Translations under genes and position numbers: made by a program
Assembly (NCBI GenBank): GCA_047495785.1
Contig: JBLDXI010000009.1
Location: forward strand, 2,232,001-2,296,000
From: Lepidodermella squamata
Lineage: Eukaryota; Animalia; Gastrotricha
Length of the DNA: 64,000 nucleotides
Direction of reading: 5' to 3'
Shown here: piece after piece, positions 36,433 through 51,062 of the stretch
How the letters are laid out: every line of letters starts with the position of its first letter
Position numbering within the stretch: the first letter of the stretch is position 1
The notes under the pieces: generated by a model
Seen by the model: the letters and a program-made list of their open reading frames with translations, nothing else
Databases searched by the model: none
Told to the model about the DNA's origin: nothing

Positions 36433-37882
36433 ATGGACGATGATTCCGTGACTGGAAGCGTTATTCTACCAGAAGGTCTCATTGTTGGTCACGTCAACCC
36501 CGTAAAATCAAGACTTGGATACGTTGGTCAACTCTCATATTGTTACTACTGGGTGTTTTAGCTTCATGTTTTCAGAGAAAGCCGTTCAGCTCATTCACTT
36601 GGGGCGAAGTAGTGTTTTCTATTATATCTCTCCTCAGCCTCCTCCTATCGCTGGGCTTCGTCATCGAGAGAATAATTAACCACGCTCAAGAGGCTGATGG
36701 CAATGAGAATCTTGTCCTGGCTATTGTGCTCACCTTAAACATCAGTAATTTTTCACATTATTTCTCAGCCCTATAATCGTAGCAGTGAATAAGAGCATAC
36801 CTTTGATCAGTTTTCAGTTTCACTTACGTTATCAGTGGTGTGCTGTATGAGAACCCGTACGATTTGGTCATCTTTGTGATCGCAAATCTCATCGTTGCCA
36901 CCTACGTCGTTCTAAACTACATTGTCCGTTGTGCTTATGGTCGAGGAGAGGACGGCGACGACAGAGAACAGCATTCATTCTACGAGAGCCAGACGACAGA
37001 ATCGCAAATATCAACTACGCCCATTTCTGAAGATCCAACCAGCCCCGTGCCTGTTGAAAATCTATGCATAGATCCATACAAATTGGTATGAAAATTTTGT
37101 AAAATCGGCTTAAAATAACAGTCCTTGTCTCACACATGTAGACTCGCCTCATTTTGACATTATCACTAAGCTTTCCTGTCATTATGTTCGGCATGATTTA
37201 CGCCCGAAAGTACTACAAAAGCCGAGATTTCATCTTTCGAGTCGTTGGAGCTGATGCGATTCTCCAAAAGGCCTGCCGAACTCTTTTCGGAGCTTTAAGC
37301 TGCATTGGGCTAGACTTACAACTTCAGGTTTCGAACTCATTTTTCCTAGCAACATTTCTGCATTTATTTCTATCGCTAGCTCTCGATGATAATACTGATT
37401 GTGAATCAAAACATCATCGAGCCAGATTTCAGGGAAATTCTGATTTTATCAATTGGTTTTCCTATCAGCATTCTTTGGGCGTTTGGCTCTTACTTTTCAG
37501 TGAGTTGCTTTCCTAACGTAATCAGCTTATGCTAAAATTTGATGTAAATTTGCGCAGTTGATGATCGAAAGTAAGCTGCTTGTAATAGTAGTCACGGTCG
37601 CCTGCTTTTTCGAACCAGCGTACATTGTTTACCGAATGGTTTTGGCTGGACAAGATATCTACGTCAGCGGTTATCTGTTACTAAGCATTGTATCTTTATT
37701 GTTTGGCATCGGAGCTTTATTGGCAAGAATTATTCACATGGTTCTCTTGTATCGGTGTTGGAGAAATTTTGGCCATGGTTTGAAGACCCTAGGTTTCTTT
37801 CAAGATACAAAATCCTATAAAATCTTTTTAATTCGCGTTTTTTATAGTCTGGCCGATCGATCAGCCAAGTTCGACGTCGTAG
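36433..37882 (+). CDS. Uncharacterised ~8-TM membrane protein, paralog D
   Basis: MDDDSVTGSVILPEG...; ENPYDL, FIFRVVGADAILQ, LDLQLQ, EPAYIV. Confidence 0.8.
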
Positions 37883-38179
37883 ATGTCAACAGATGTAAAG
37901 ATTAGCAGGAAGACTTTTTGCTTTCCCAAGCTTTGAATAATTAAATTGGAGCGCCGCAATAAAATATAACCTAGCCTGATCTCACACTGGTTTGCGAACA
38001 TACCTTACGTAGCAATCTTAACGATTGGCAGGAAATGTCACGTTTTTTGCTGATTGCTAGCTTGCTGACACTTAGGAATTCGAAGTAAAGACTTATCACA
38101 CCCTAAATTATTTAGAATACCGCCCCAAATGGTTGCTGGCAGATGTTGGAAGGGCGTAATAACGTCATTTTCCAGCAAA

Positions 38180-41100
38180 ATGCCTTGGTCGTTTTGCCGA
38201 TTCATCTTTGCCTTTGGCCATCTGTTTCTATGCTTGTTCGCGGCGAATGATACCGAGTTTGCCAACGAAACATCTACAGTTCCGGATCTTAGCGGTTCGA
38301 CGTTCCAAACTGCCTCGGTGAATTGGTCTGATGGCACGGACGCAACAACGCAGAGTTACGAAAACGTCACCTTTGACACAAACTCAACTGATTTTGATGG
38401 AAATTTCACGGACTGGTTCAGCCAGAATGAAACTTGGTGGGGCAACACCACTGAAATAAACTGGAATCTTACTACATCAAATTTTTCCGATACGAATTAC
38501 ACAAATTATATTAATTCGACGTCAGCTACCGCATTGACGACTTCTTCGACGCTTTCCAGCATTTTGAACACGACTGTAATTATGACTACTACGACTAGTA
38601 CGACGTCAACATCAAAGGCTACACCTACCACTACGCCGACGACGCCTAATCAAACTTCAACTGCTACGAATTCGCCGAGCTATGACAGCTCAGTGAATTC
38701 TAGTAATACGACCACTTCAAGCAACCTGTTTAACTCATCAAGCTGGACTACAGCAAAATGGAATTCTAGTGATGTCTTGAACCTGACCAATCTAACATCT
38801 GAAGTTTGCAGTGGGCTTGATAAATGCAAATCAAAATTTTTTGACATGGAATTGAAAAATTCAACACTGGCAAAAGTATGTTTTGTGGCGACTGAACAGC
38901 TATTTTATTGTGACGCTAACAAAACCATGCAACCATTGGCGAATATCAGTAAAATCATTGACATTCCATGCTACGGCAATGTGAATTTCACTCTTCAGTC
39001 GACTCAGTATTGGTTTAATGAAAGCACATTGTACGTAATTACATCGGGGAATAATGTATCTGCAGTTTCCGATTCAAGTAAATTTCGATGGATGTCTCTT
39101 CGATTTAGGCCCAATGAAGGTATACATTTTCGATAACTTACGTTGAATTTCCTAACATTTTATTCCATTTTCTAGCGATGGGCTGGTTTTATTGCTCCGC
39201 TCCTCCTATTGTTGATAGAAATAACGAGTACTTGATGTTACCAACCTCGCCATTAGCAACCAACCTGACCTTAATCAAGCCATATTTCTACAACGGAACT
39301 TATTACGATTTGCTATCTATCGATTCTTTTGGAAACATCGTCAAAACAAAGAACACCGATCGCTACAAGCAGCCCATCTTCCTCGTCGACAGTCAAGAGT
39401 ACCAGTGTGATACATATACAGCGTGCTGTTGGTTCCAAGACTTAGTTAATATCACGTCTACAAATGGAACTAGATCGCAAGTTTTCACGGAAGTCGTTTA
39501 TAACGGTACATGGTATACCTGGTACAACAGTTCAAATGAGTACAAAATCTATGATGGCAATTTTTCGTACGGGTAGGTTCTATGAGGCGCTAATAATTAT
39601 TATTATTACCTGATTGTAATTATACCCTTGAAAGAATGATGCGCTGCGCTGGTTATCTATCAGATATGACGTTTGATGATGGCGATTCTGGGGACCAATA
39701 CGTCTTTTCCAACGGAAGCATTTGGTCACTTCCAAATGACGACAGTTTGCAAAGAATTATGTTTAAAGGCTTCGATTTCAACAGCTTGATTAACGATGAC
39801 CCATCGGCCAGTGGCGGGGTGTATTACGCTGACCTCAGTGAGCCTCCATTCGTCGCTTACTACCGTGCTTCGAACGGAACATGGAGAGTCAATATCAAAA
39901 ATGGGAAAATGAGTTTGCAGCTGAAGCCAGCAAATTGCAGCTCATTTGACTTTTCTGGCTCTTCTCAGTTAGCTTTATCACCATTTGGTAATGCTTCCAA
40001 TGCGAATAATGGAACAGACGAGCGTTATAACGCTCAGCCGTCCTGCAGCCAAACTGAGGACGTTTGGATAACTGGGGCTACAGTCTGTGAGTCGTTTCTC
40101 AAAGGAGCTTGATCATTATTTATATAAAAAATTCAAGTTTGCGACCCGGCGGTGTCAATGAACCCATGTGGGCCGGGATATCAATGCGCTAGTTTGTCGA
40201 GCATGGTGGAGATATCAGATTGCAAACTTGGAATATGCGTCCCAAGTAACGTGTATAAACTTAAAAATACCTGTTAAAATAAAGTCCAATTATTATCCAG
40301 ACGTCGTTGAAACTTGCCCCGCCTACTTTGTGAATCCCACATCGGGAAATGTAACCAACGGCTCAATCTCTACGAACAGCACAGCCTCCATGGGAAACAA
40401 ATCTTCCAATAATACCGGTCCGCTGATGAAGAAAAGTTGTCTGAGGCTTTTCTTGCGATTGTTGATGATGTCATTCTTCAATTTCAGGATTTGGTTCTTC
40501 CTGTCGATTCGCTTATGAATGCTTCACTGGCATCTGCCAGAAGAATATTTGCTCGTGCAACTCGTGCACGAAAGTCCTGCCCTACATTGCGTATGACCTT
40601 GTTCTAGGCAAAGAAACCTATGGAGAACGATGCATTCGTAAGATTCAATTTTCAAGGCCTATCGTGATATTTATCTATCGAATGCTAGCTTCGAATTCGA
40701 CGATCGGTGGCTTGAACGAGCCTTGTGACATGTGGGCTTCAGTAAAGACCAGAGATTGCGCTCTTGGACTGACATGGTGAGCGTTAAATAATGAAAGACT
40801 GTCGCAAATTTTCTTCTCAATTAGTGCAAAGTGCCCAGAACTGTGGAGTTCCAAGTTCGCGCAAGCAGTCTGCCTACGTCAGTGATTTTCTTGCATTTTT
40901 GCGGTGAAATAATACATTTCCTAATAGCATTAAAAATGTCTATGGATAATTCAACTTCAAATCAAGACGAGGCGTCGACTTCCGGGAATTCGGATCCTGG
41001 GATTATTTCTTGCAAAAACTTTCAGTGTGGCTACAAGTCCTCATGCGTTATGGTAGGACCGATGCCAACATGTAAATGCGACTCTGGCTACAACTTGGAA

Positions 41101-42475
41101 TCGAACATGGTAACGATTATTCTTAGTATTAAAAAGACTACATATTTGTATTTATACAGATGGATTGTTATGGCTGGAGGCTTGACGATGAGGGAACGTG
41201 TTCGGTCACTTGTGGAAATGGCTATAGGATGCGCCAACGAACTTGCGACAAAAGCAATGACTCCTCGGTTATCTGCGAGGGCAACTCAACCATACCCATA
41301 GCCTGCATCGCGCCAACCCAATGTCCCTGTATTAAGCTGAAATTTTTTTATTCTAAAATAACGTCTCTTTTTGCTTTGTAGTGCCTCCATCCGTCGCTTC
41401 TTCAGCCCTTTGCATCGCCATCGCTTCAAAAGTGTTGACTGTCGATCTATTCGAGAAATACGCTGAAAAAGACATGAAAGTTAAAGTCGCCAATTCCTTA
41501 AATAAGAAATGCTGGGTTGACTACAGCACCTTTGAAGCGGCTTGCTGTCCAGGCAAGGCATGGTCCTCTTCCCTCTATGGTATCAACGATTGCATCAGCA
41601 ATACAACGGGCGTTGTCTTCGTCGATAAATACTGGAACGGCACTCATTTCAGCTTTTGTTTAACTGCAACTGGCAATCCAAGTGGTTCATGCTGTCAGTC
41701 GGCAAAGGACGTCCCGAAAAGAAAACGTCGAGACGCTGATACCTTCACGTTCGATCAAAGCAGTCTGCAAAGCCTGATATCAAGTGATACGACATTACTA
41801 ACGCAAATGACGCAGACTTTCCAGAAAGTTGACCCTAATATCAAGCCTATTACGGCAGCGTTACTGACGACTACAACGACGACTACGACCACTACACCAG
41901 CGACAACTACGACATCAACTGTAGCTCAAGCTGCGACAGCTGCTCTGGTTCAAACTCAAGAAACCAAGAAGGAGCAGGCTGGTCTTGCTGGTTGGATCAT
42001 AGGTCTGATTGGCGGTATTCTGGGTGCGATCGCAATTGCTGTTGGTGTCGTTGTAATTTTGTATATCTTTGTTTTCAAGAAGTGAGCTGATTTTCTTTTC
42101 ATGGCGAGAATACCTTATGTTTTTTAACTCAGGAGGGCCACTCAGTCGAACAAAGTCAGTAGTGAAACAGCACAAGACATTGTCGTGCAAGTCGAGGAGC
42201 CCGATCAACCTGTTGAGGGGCAGGAAGCGTCCCCTCCATCCTCTCCAACGACTCCAAGAAAGAAACTTGATGACAGACTGGAAACTCTGCGCCGTAATTT
42301 TCCTAATTACGGCGAAGAGGCAGATGAAGAGGGCGATCATGGCGAAGAAAATAGCTTACAGCTGCCTCGACCCGACTCTTCGGCCAGAAGCGGTAGTAGC
42401 ACCAGCCATCATTACCCATTAGCTCATCATTCCAGCGCTGTGATGCCTAGATCAGCGGCTGAAGTCGATGAATGA
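38180..42475 (+). CDS. Type I surface receptor paralog G3
   Basis: MPWSFCRFIFAFGHLFLCLFAA signal; N-glycosylation/Thr-rich N-region; RFRPNE; YFYNGTYYD; CCWFQD; DPSASGG; EGF; TSP1; KRKRR; GWIIGLIGGILG TM; acidic tail. Confidence 0.85.
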
Positions 42476-42882
42476 CCACCTTTATGTCCTGTAAAGTATT
42501 GAGTTCACATCATTCTTTTAGTAAGCAAACTGACGATCAGAAATTTTCTGTACTCAACACTTGACTCTGTACCGATGTGAAATAAACACTTAGTGTTCGC
42601 AAAAGGGTTCTTTCTTCACACATCGATTTACTCTCGATGCCTCGTCACGTTAAACTCACGTTCGTTGCGCAGCTTGACCGATAATCCGTCACACCTATTT
42701 TTTCGTCCACCCGATACCATTTAGTGTGAAATTATGCTAGCCATCGACCAGAGTGACCGGTGCAGTCCTGTTGCTCCTGTTGAATTATTAATCAATCGTG
42801 GGGCCTGTGTCGCACCGAATTTATAGTACCTAAACTTTTCTCTTAACATGATGTAATAATATGTACTAAAGGGTAATTGAGA

Positions 42883-45800
42883 ATGCGCCTTGGGGTTTAT
42901 CTTGTGAGTCAAGTGATTTTCGTTACCGGATTCGACTATGTGATAGGTTAGTTGTAACAAACTTGAAAGCCTTCCTCAGACCTTTGAGCGACTTTAGGTG
43001 AAGACTATGTGGAGCTCCCACCCTGCGACTTTCCTGACGGCCGACCCATATATAGAAATAGCGTGAACCCGACCGCTACTACAACTTCGACTCCAACTCC
43101 AACTTCAACTCAAACAACTGCTTCAACAACTTCATCAACCTCAGCAACGTCAACAACAACTTCAAGAGCTTCACCAACTACTTCAGCAACTTCAACAACG
43201 TCACCAACCACAACCTCGATCGCTACCGCTCGAACAGGCTCTTCGACCAAGCGCTCCGAGGATACTACTACGACTACGAAGCAGCCAGTTACACCTACGA
43301 AACCTAGCATGCCAAGCGATGTAAACGCCGATGATGACGAGGATTTGATTGAAGCAAGCCTGACAAGTGGCTTGACGGATGCTGACGGCGAAGCTCTGGT
43401 TAAACTTAACCCGCCGGGTCTCAAAGTTTCCGAACATTCCAAAGACTTGGTTAATGAAACATCGGATTCGATGGCTGTTGTAGCTCAAGTCGAAATCAGC
43501 AGCAATAATACAACAAACTCAACAGTTTCCACGCTTTCCAATTTAGTCACTGTAGCTAAATCTGCTCTCCTTGAAGACACAGAAGATGACTATGTTGATT
43601 CCGCTGACGAGAAAGATGCATCTGCAGCTTCTTCTTCGACTACATCAACAGGTAAAACGGTTGCGCCTGTAACTAATAGCGTGCCTCGAGTGGAATCTAG
43701 CAGGCCTTTGAATAGCACAACTACGCTTGTTCCAATTACACCAGCAACAACATCGAAGCTAGAGGAACAAAAAACGACAACTAATTCTGAAAACACAGAT
43801 ATGGTAGATGCAAATACACCTGAGGGTTGTAATTCAAGCATACTGAGGATGAACTTAACACCGTGGGCTCAGATTGATGTTTGCTTTTCGAAATCTCACA
43901 AACTTCTTTATTGCGATGATGGTGACATTGTCCCACTTGCCGATGCACAGCTGATGGACATACCATGTTATGGCAATATAACATTCCGCCTACTTAATGT
44001 TGACTACTGGTTAAATGGATCCTTATTGTATAAGTCAATGCCTGGAGCGAACTTATCGGAAGTCGATGTCGATAATTATCGGTGGATGCTTGCACGATTG
44101 CGGCCAAATGAGGGTACATGGATTGACACCTTTCCAACTAAATAAGTGCATTTTGTTAATTTAGGGAAAGGCTGGCTTTATTGCCGTGGCCCAATGGAAC
44201 AAGACAATTCCGAAGAATATTTACAGCTCAGAACTCCGTCATCATCCTCGATTGAAAAGCCATATTTCTACAACGGCACGTATTGGGACATCAGAACGGA
44301 CTCATATGGCAACTTGGTGAAATCTGGGAATAAAGACCGATATCAAACACCTTATTTTCATGTTGATCAAATGGAGCCAACATGCCAGAAGAGCATCGCG
44401 TGCTGTTGGATGCAAGACTGCTACAACACAACACGAAATGGCTCGTACGTCATCGTTTTCACTGAGATCATTTACAATGGTTCTTGGTATGTGTGGAACA
44501 ATGTAACAAATGCATATGAGTTATATAACGGAGAGCTTTCTCAACGGTAAAACAGTGTCCGCCTGCTTATTGATGGTGTGTATCATATTTTCTATTTTTT
44601 TTAAGAATGTTGCGATGTGCCAGCTATCTTTCGGACATGGAATTTCATGACGATAATACAGATATGCGATTCCGATTCCAAAACGGAAGCATTTGGGGTA
44701 CTACAAGCGATTGGAAGTCGTCGATTATCATAAGCCCATCCTCTTTTGATTTCATGGCTGTGATAGACAGCGACCCCCTGGCTACCGGCGGCTTCTTCGT
44801 AGGGGAGTCTTCTCTCGGTTCGTGGGATCCAGGATCGCCTATAGCCAATTATCGGAATTCATCTGGAATTTGGTGGGCAAGAATAGTCACCGGAAATTTC
44901 ACGCTCCAGCAGCGTCCGAAAAACTGTTCAGCGATTAATTCTACATGGGAAGGCATGTTTGCCATGAAGAAAACTCCAGACAGAAACGACGTGCCATCTT
45001 GTGATCCTCAAACTGTGCCGCTGAATTGTAACAGCATGAAACAAACTCGTATGTCACATTTTCCTTTGATTGCAAGAAACTTCAGGTTAAAACTCATTAG
45101 TATGCGATCCTTTATCTTTGATCAACGAATGTGGAGCTGGATTCTACTGCAGGAGACTTTCAGAAGACCTAGAAATCGATGGCTGCGAATACGGCTTCTG
45201 CGTGCAAAGTTAGAAAATTCCTTTGAGTCTCTCATTTTTAAGAAATTTTTTCCCGTTAGATATTTCATCATGCGTGAGAAAGCCAGATAGCAGTCTCTCA
45301 GCAAAGAAAAGTTGAATGAAACTGATTTTTAGTTTTTATTTGTTTGCTTTACTTTTTAGAGTTTGGAGAGCAATGCAACTACGCCTATGAATGTTTCACT
45401 GGAATATGCGAATCTGGAAGTTGTTCATGCTCATTTTGCACGAAACCGCTCCCTCGAATCGAAATTGATGCAACCCTCAATTTTACCATATACAGCGAGA
45501 GATGTATACGTAAGTCATAAGATACACAGAACGATTATTTTATTTTTGCTACGTCCTAAAAAAGCTTTGGACACTATGATTGTGGGATTGAATGAAACTT
45601 GTGATATGTCGGGCACGCTAGGAGCTCAATGTGGGGTCGGTCTTCAGTGGTACGTTATATTCATTATTAATGCTGGGGAATCTTACTTTGAATTTTAGCT
45701 CAAAATGCCCGGAGCTCTGGAACGTGAAATTTGCCGAATCAAGATGCTTAGGTTAGTTGATGTTAAGACCGATTCCCGATTATTACAAAAATATTATTTC

Positions 45801-47256
45801 TACCTATACTTAGCGACAAAGGTGAATAGGGTTGCCAACAATTCCGCTTATGCCGTCAATTCAAGCTGCCCAGGCGATTTCAAATGCGGCTATAAAGCAA
45901 AGTGCTCAATGATCGGTCCTGTTCCAGTTTGCCGCTGTCCGAATGGATACAATCTTGAGGAAAATCATGTATGAAGATTGGTTCAATTACAACGCTATTT
46001 ATTTAAATACTTGCAACTAAGGTGGATTGTTATGGCTGGGAAGTGGAGAGCGAAGGGCCTTGCTCTGCAACATGCGGAAATGGTTATTTTACGCGCAAGC
46101 GAAAGTGTGATAATGCACCCGGGTCTTCGGCGCGTTGCGACGGTGATCCAACAATCAGCTTACCTTGTTATGCGAAGAATCAATGTCAACGTAAGTTGAA
46201 TGAAACTTTCAGTTAAAACCTTAGACCTTATGTTGTATTCAGTTCCTGCCGAAGTTGCATCTTCCGCTCTATGCTTCACCATCCCAACGAAAATATTAAC
46301 CCCTGGGCTATTCGATAAATACGTCGAAAATGCAGCTAAAGATAAAATCGGGTCATTCCTTAACAAAAAGTGCTGGACGGATTCGAAGACTTTTGAAGAG
46401 TCATGCTGCCCTGGGAAATCGTGGAGTGTTACTATCTACGGCTTGTTGGATTGTGTTACGGCGAAGTCTGGAGTTTCAATCATCAACAAGTACTTCAACG
46501 GCACTTCTTTCCAATTCTGTGTTACGGCCACTGGAGATCAGGCTAGTTCTTGCTGCAAAATCTCTCGAACTAACCAGAGCCGCAGGATTAGAAAATCTGT
46601 TCCCTCGTCTGACTTCACGTTCGGCGATGAATCCTTATCTGCCGCTCTTATTTCCGACCCTTCTCTTCTTATTAAGCTCACAGATTCGATCAGAAAGGTT
46701 GACCCTTTTGTAGATTACCTAACTGTCAAAGAGATGATGACGGCTTCTAAGCTGAACTCACTTCTAAAAGAACAAATGGATCACGAAAATGAAATGACCA
46801 CTCTGGCCCCATCTGTTAAGCCAAGTACCAGCAAGCAAGCTGGCAACCGAGATAACACAGTTCAAGAAACTTGGCAGATCGAAATTACGTTGGGCATTTG
46901 TTCCATCTTCCTTTTATCGCTGTCTGTCATAGCAGCGGTCGCCCTATGCTTAAGGTGACTTTCTTTCATTTATGTCTGTTACCTTGATAAGTTTTGTCCC
47001 TAGAAAACCTCATTCGCGCAAAGTGGGATCTTTTACCGAATCGAAGACTATCGAGCTACCTGAAACGCCCATTCCTCGAAGAAGATCGCTAGAAGAGATG
47101 GACCCATGCCGAATTGTGATTAATGACCACAAGGCGGGGCCATGTGATAATTTCGATCACCTGGACGAGATTCAACGAGTATCCTCTCCACGATCTTATC
47201 GCGATGCTGTTGTTTCGAGCATTGGCGGATTTACTGCAACCTCAGCTCCGAATTAA
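42883..47256 (+). CDS. Type I surface receptor paralog G4
   Basis: Putative signal exon 42883-42946 (MRLGVYLVSQVIFVTGF) splices in frame into ORF 43009; ~275-aa mucin; RLRPNEG; DPLATGG; EGF; TSP1; SRRIRK; WQIEITLGICSIFLL TM. Confidence 0.8.
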
Positions 47257-47465
47257 AACAATAGGTTGTAAGATCTATATTGAAATAATATAAACTGCTG
47301 CTTATAGTGAACAATGCATAACCCCTATACTTCAACGATACTCACAATAAATCAATGCTGGATTCCTTATTGAGAAGTATGATGAATTATTAAACTTGAC
47401 CATTCTTTAAAGAAAGCTTGGGTAGAGCGAAAAAACGATGCCTAGCACTTGAAGCAAAAAGTAAA

Positions 47466-50400
47466 ATGCTTCGAATAATCTTAAGATTTTCTGCTCTTTC
47501 AATTTTCCTTGTTTGTGTTACTGGTAAGTTGACTATCCCCAAGAGATTCTGAATAACCCTTCAACTCCCTTTAGCGGAGTTCAAATGCGGAATATTCACG
47601 TGCGATGGAATTGGCTTTGACGGTGGCTACATGGATGGGGGAAATGTGATTGTACCACAATATCAATGCGTTTCACCCAATAACTTGTACCGAATCTGCT
47701 CGAACAACAAATTCTCGCTGGTCGCGTATAAACGTCTGGCGAAAGTTCCATGTCGTGGAAATTTTCGCTTCACGCTATTCTCAACGCAATACTTCATCAA
47801 CGACACCATGCTTCTTCGGCAAACAACTGGCAGTAATGACACTGACTGGACACCGATCGGAACTGTTTTCGACTACAGAGATTTCCTCGCACGATTGTTG
47901 CCCGGCTCGGGCTATGGCTCATTCTACTGCTGGATTTACGGCCCTTTGAATGATTTGGCTAGCTCAAATTATGTCGCTTTTCAGAGGATCAACGACACAA
48001 TTTATGATGTGACCACTGACTCGGCTGGTTATATGTCGTCGGGGGGCAGTGACATGACCACAGCATTCAGAAGTTACTACAAAAACATGTATATTCTACA
48101 AGACGCGGCGAATTGTTACGGCTCATTTTGCTGCTGGTTCAACGACCAGTTTATCAGCTCAAACAACGTGACAATTGTTACTGAATATTTCTTCGATGGT
48201 AGGCGGATGAATGTTTATAACGTCAGCTTTTATCAAGGTTACACCGGAGAAATATCCCAACGGTAAATTTTGAAATTCCGCTTCGAAAACGCAAAATCTA
48301 ATTACCTTGAAGGATGATAAATTGCTTGCAATATGGGGCTGATTTTCAGTGGAGGACAACTGAGAATTCAAAGGTCAACTACTACCAATTTAAAAATGCT
48401 ACAGTGTATTCGGTCACTCTGTCCGGTACACCAATCAAGGCTCTTCCTGATTATGACTTCTGGAGCACGATCGATACAGATCCGCTTGCAGATGGAGACT
48501 TTTTCTACGTGGAAGATGATGTAGCGATGTATCGCAACATGTCAGGGGATTTCGTAATTAGTTTCTCAAAAGGCCAGCTGGCGTATCGCCGTCCAGAGGC
48601 AACTTGTGAATCAGGCTTTCTGCGGGACTACCCGACAGTTCCAGCTGACCCCAATCCACCATGCTCGTCGATAAATGAAGTTTTTAGCCTGAGTCAAATG
48701 AGGGGCAAGTTTGATACCGAAATATTCAATACAAAAGTTTCATAGATTTGTAATGAAGTTTGCGACCCGTCAGCCAATAACACGTGTGGTGATGGTTACG
48801 CGTGTTACTCCTTCCCCGATGAGATCGACTTGAACTGTGACTACGGATTTTGCGCACCGAGTTGGTGTCATAAGCTTTTAGTTATCATCCTAGCATCTGA
48901 CTGTTTCGTGTCGTCTAGATTACGACACAGTCTGTGGACCAGTTACGACGACTAGGGCTCCAACTACCGCTGGGTGAGTATAACTACGATTGAGCCATTA
49001 AAATTCAAGAAAAACCGCATTTTGCTCTTATCAGGGTCACCGTGACGACGGGACCTACAACAACTGCGGTAACAACTAAGGCTGTCACAACAACTGCTGC
49101 TGTAACAACTGTCAAACCCGCTGCCAGCAAAAAACTTTATCAACGTATCTCTTGCTTCCTTTTAAGTTCAACATATTGAAAGGTGTTGCTTGTTGCTGTA
49201 AGGTTATGGACAATCGTGTACTGCATCAAGTGATTGTTATACTGGAATATGCACGAATAGCATATGTTCCTGCGCGAATTGCACAAAAGTTCTCGTTGGA
49301 TACGACTACAACTTCCGCACCAGATCCGTGGTTTATAAAGAGACATGCATTCGTAAGCATCCACTAAAAATGACTTAATCTAGACTGAAGTTGAATGTAT
49401 TTAGCTAAGAGCAGCAATGTGTCGACTACAGGCGAGACTTGCAATTTATGGACCCCAGTCAAGCAGAAGAATTGCGCCACTGGTTTAATCTGTAAAATGA
49501 TCTGCTTTCTTCAAAATTGCTGACTAATCCAAGCTGGTTTTTAGGTGCAAAGTGTCCTGAGGTTTGGAACAGCGCGTTGGACGAACCGACTTGCGTTGGT
49601 TAGTAGCTAAATTCCTCAAAAAATATTTGATATCGAATGTTTTCATTTTTTAATTAGCAATTAACCCAACGTATGGAAGGGACGCGAACTCAACTACAGC
49701 AAGCTGCCCATCGGACTTCAAATGTGGTTACAAAGCCACGTGTGCATTCGTTGAGGGTGTGCCCACTTGCATGTGCGAACCTGGCTATAACCTTGAACCT
49801 AATTTGAAAGACTGCTATGGCTGGTCGGTTGGCCTTGAAACTCTCTGCAGGTGTGTCTATTTCCAAAACTTGAAGTAAGAGCTTTCAGCTGCTATCTGTT
49901 TTTTTCAGTGTTTCTTGCGGAAATGGACTCAAGAAAATCTCAAGAGTATGTGACAAGGCCACAGATTCGACAGCAGTTTGTGACGGTAGTAATTTTGCGA
50001 TTTTACCTTGTTCTGTTGGCGGCCAATGCCCTCGTAAGTGTATTTCTGCGGCTGAGAAAATCTGTTGCAGGTCGTCCATTTTGTATTTTAGTTAATCAGG
50101 CTTATGTTTCAAATGCTGTTTACGTGAGCTTCAAATCGAAAGTTATGAGCAAAACTCTATTCGATTCCATGGCGTCTGGTCTATTAAAAACAACGATTTC
50201 ATCCTCCTTAACGTCGAAATGTGTAGCTAGCAGCAGTTTATACTCTTCACAATGTTGCCCCGGTAAAAGCTGGAGTGAAGCTGTCGCCAAAACAAGTGAC
50301 TGTATTAAACCTACCGGAGTGCTTCTATTGAGCCCTTACAGCAGTGGCGAGGTTTTTAGCTTCTATCTCGTTGTGAGTGGGTCTTCGAATTCGGACTGCT

Positions 50401-51062
50401 GCAAGGCAAGCTCTCGCCGGAAAAAGCGAGCCTCTGCAACGGGTTACTTCGATCAAGACGCCTTGCGCGAAGTTATTACCGATTCGACAGTGTAAGCTTC
50501 TTCTGCTATTGCTGGTGTTGGAATAATTAATCGAGTTTACCTGTGTTTACAGCCTTGCAACCATGACCGCAGCTATGCAAACAGTAGACCCTAATATTGA
50601 TCTCCCCACAGTTACGAACGCCAAGCCGAACTACAAAGACGATGGTGCATCTGAATCACCGGTAAAATGAATGCAGCCACATCTTACTGGGTGAAATATT
50701 GATTTAATAGGCCTTGCGGGATACAAGTGGAGCCCTGCCTGAATGGGCTATCGGTTTGGCCGCTTCATTACCTGCAATATTTGTTGCAGGATTGGGCATA
50801 GGCATCGGCATTTATTGCGCGGTTAAAAAGTATCATGACTAACCTTTTTTTAAATAAGGCAAAACTAATTCGATCAATTTTGATCAGGAGTGGAATCGCA
50901 AAGGGAAAGAATGATAATAAGGTGGATTCGGCGAGGCCTATCCTCGAAATGCAAGAGCCGCCAATGTTGACATCAAGCAATTACGGTTACAACGCGCAAG
51001 CAGGTCTTTATAGTGAATCTCACATTGGCGGGGGAGCTCCGTATAGTTCTCGCAACTTCTGA
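47466..51062 (+). CDS. Type I surface receptor paralog G5 (no N-terminal mucin)
   Basis: MLRIILRFSALSIFLVCVT signal; PCRGNF; RLLPGSGYGSFYC; CCWFND; DPLADG; EGF; TSP1; SRRKKR; EWAIGLAA TM; GC-AG intron 48705-48758. Confidence 0.85.

Noticed and set aside
43070-43290. ACAACTTCA-type repeats (also 41865-41920)
   Set aside because: Coding for Thr/Ser mucin tracts, not independent repeat elements.
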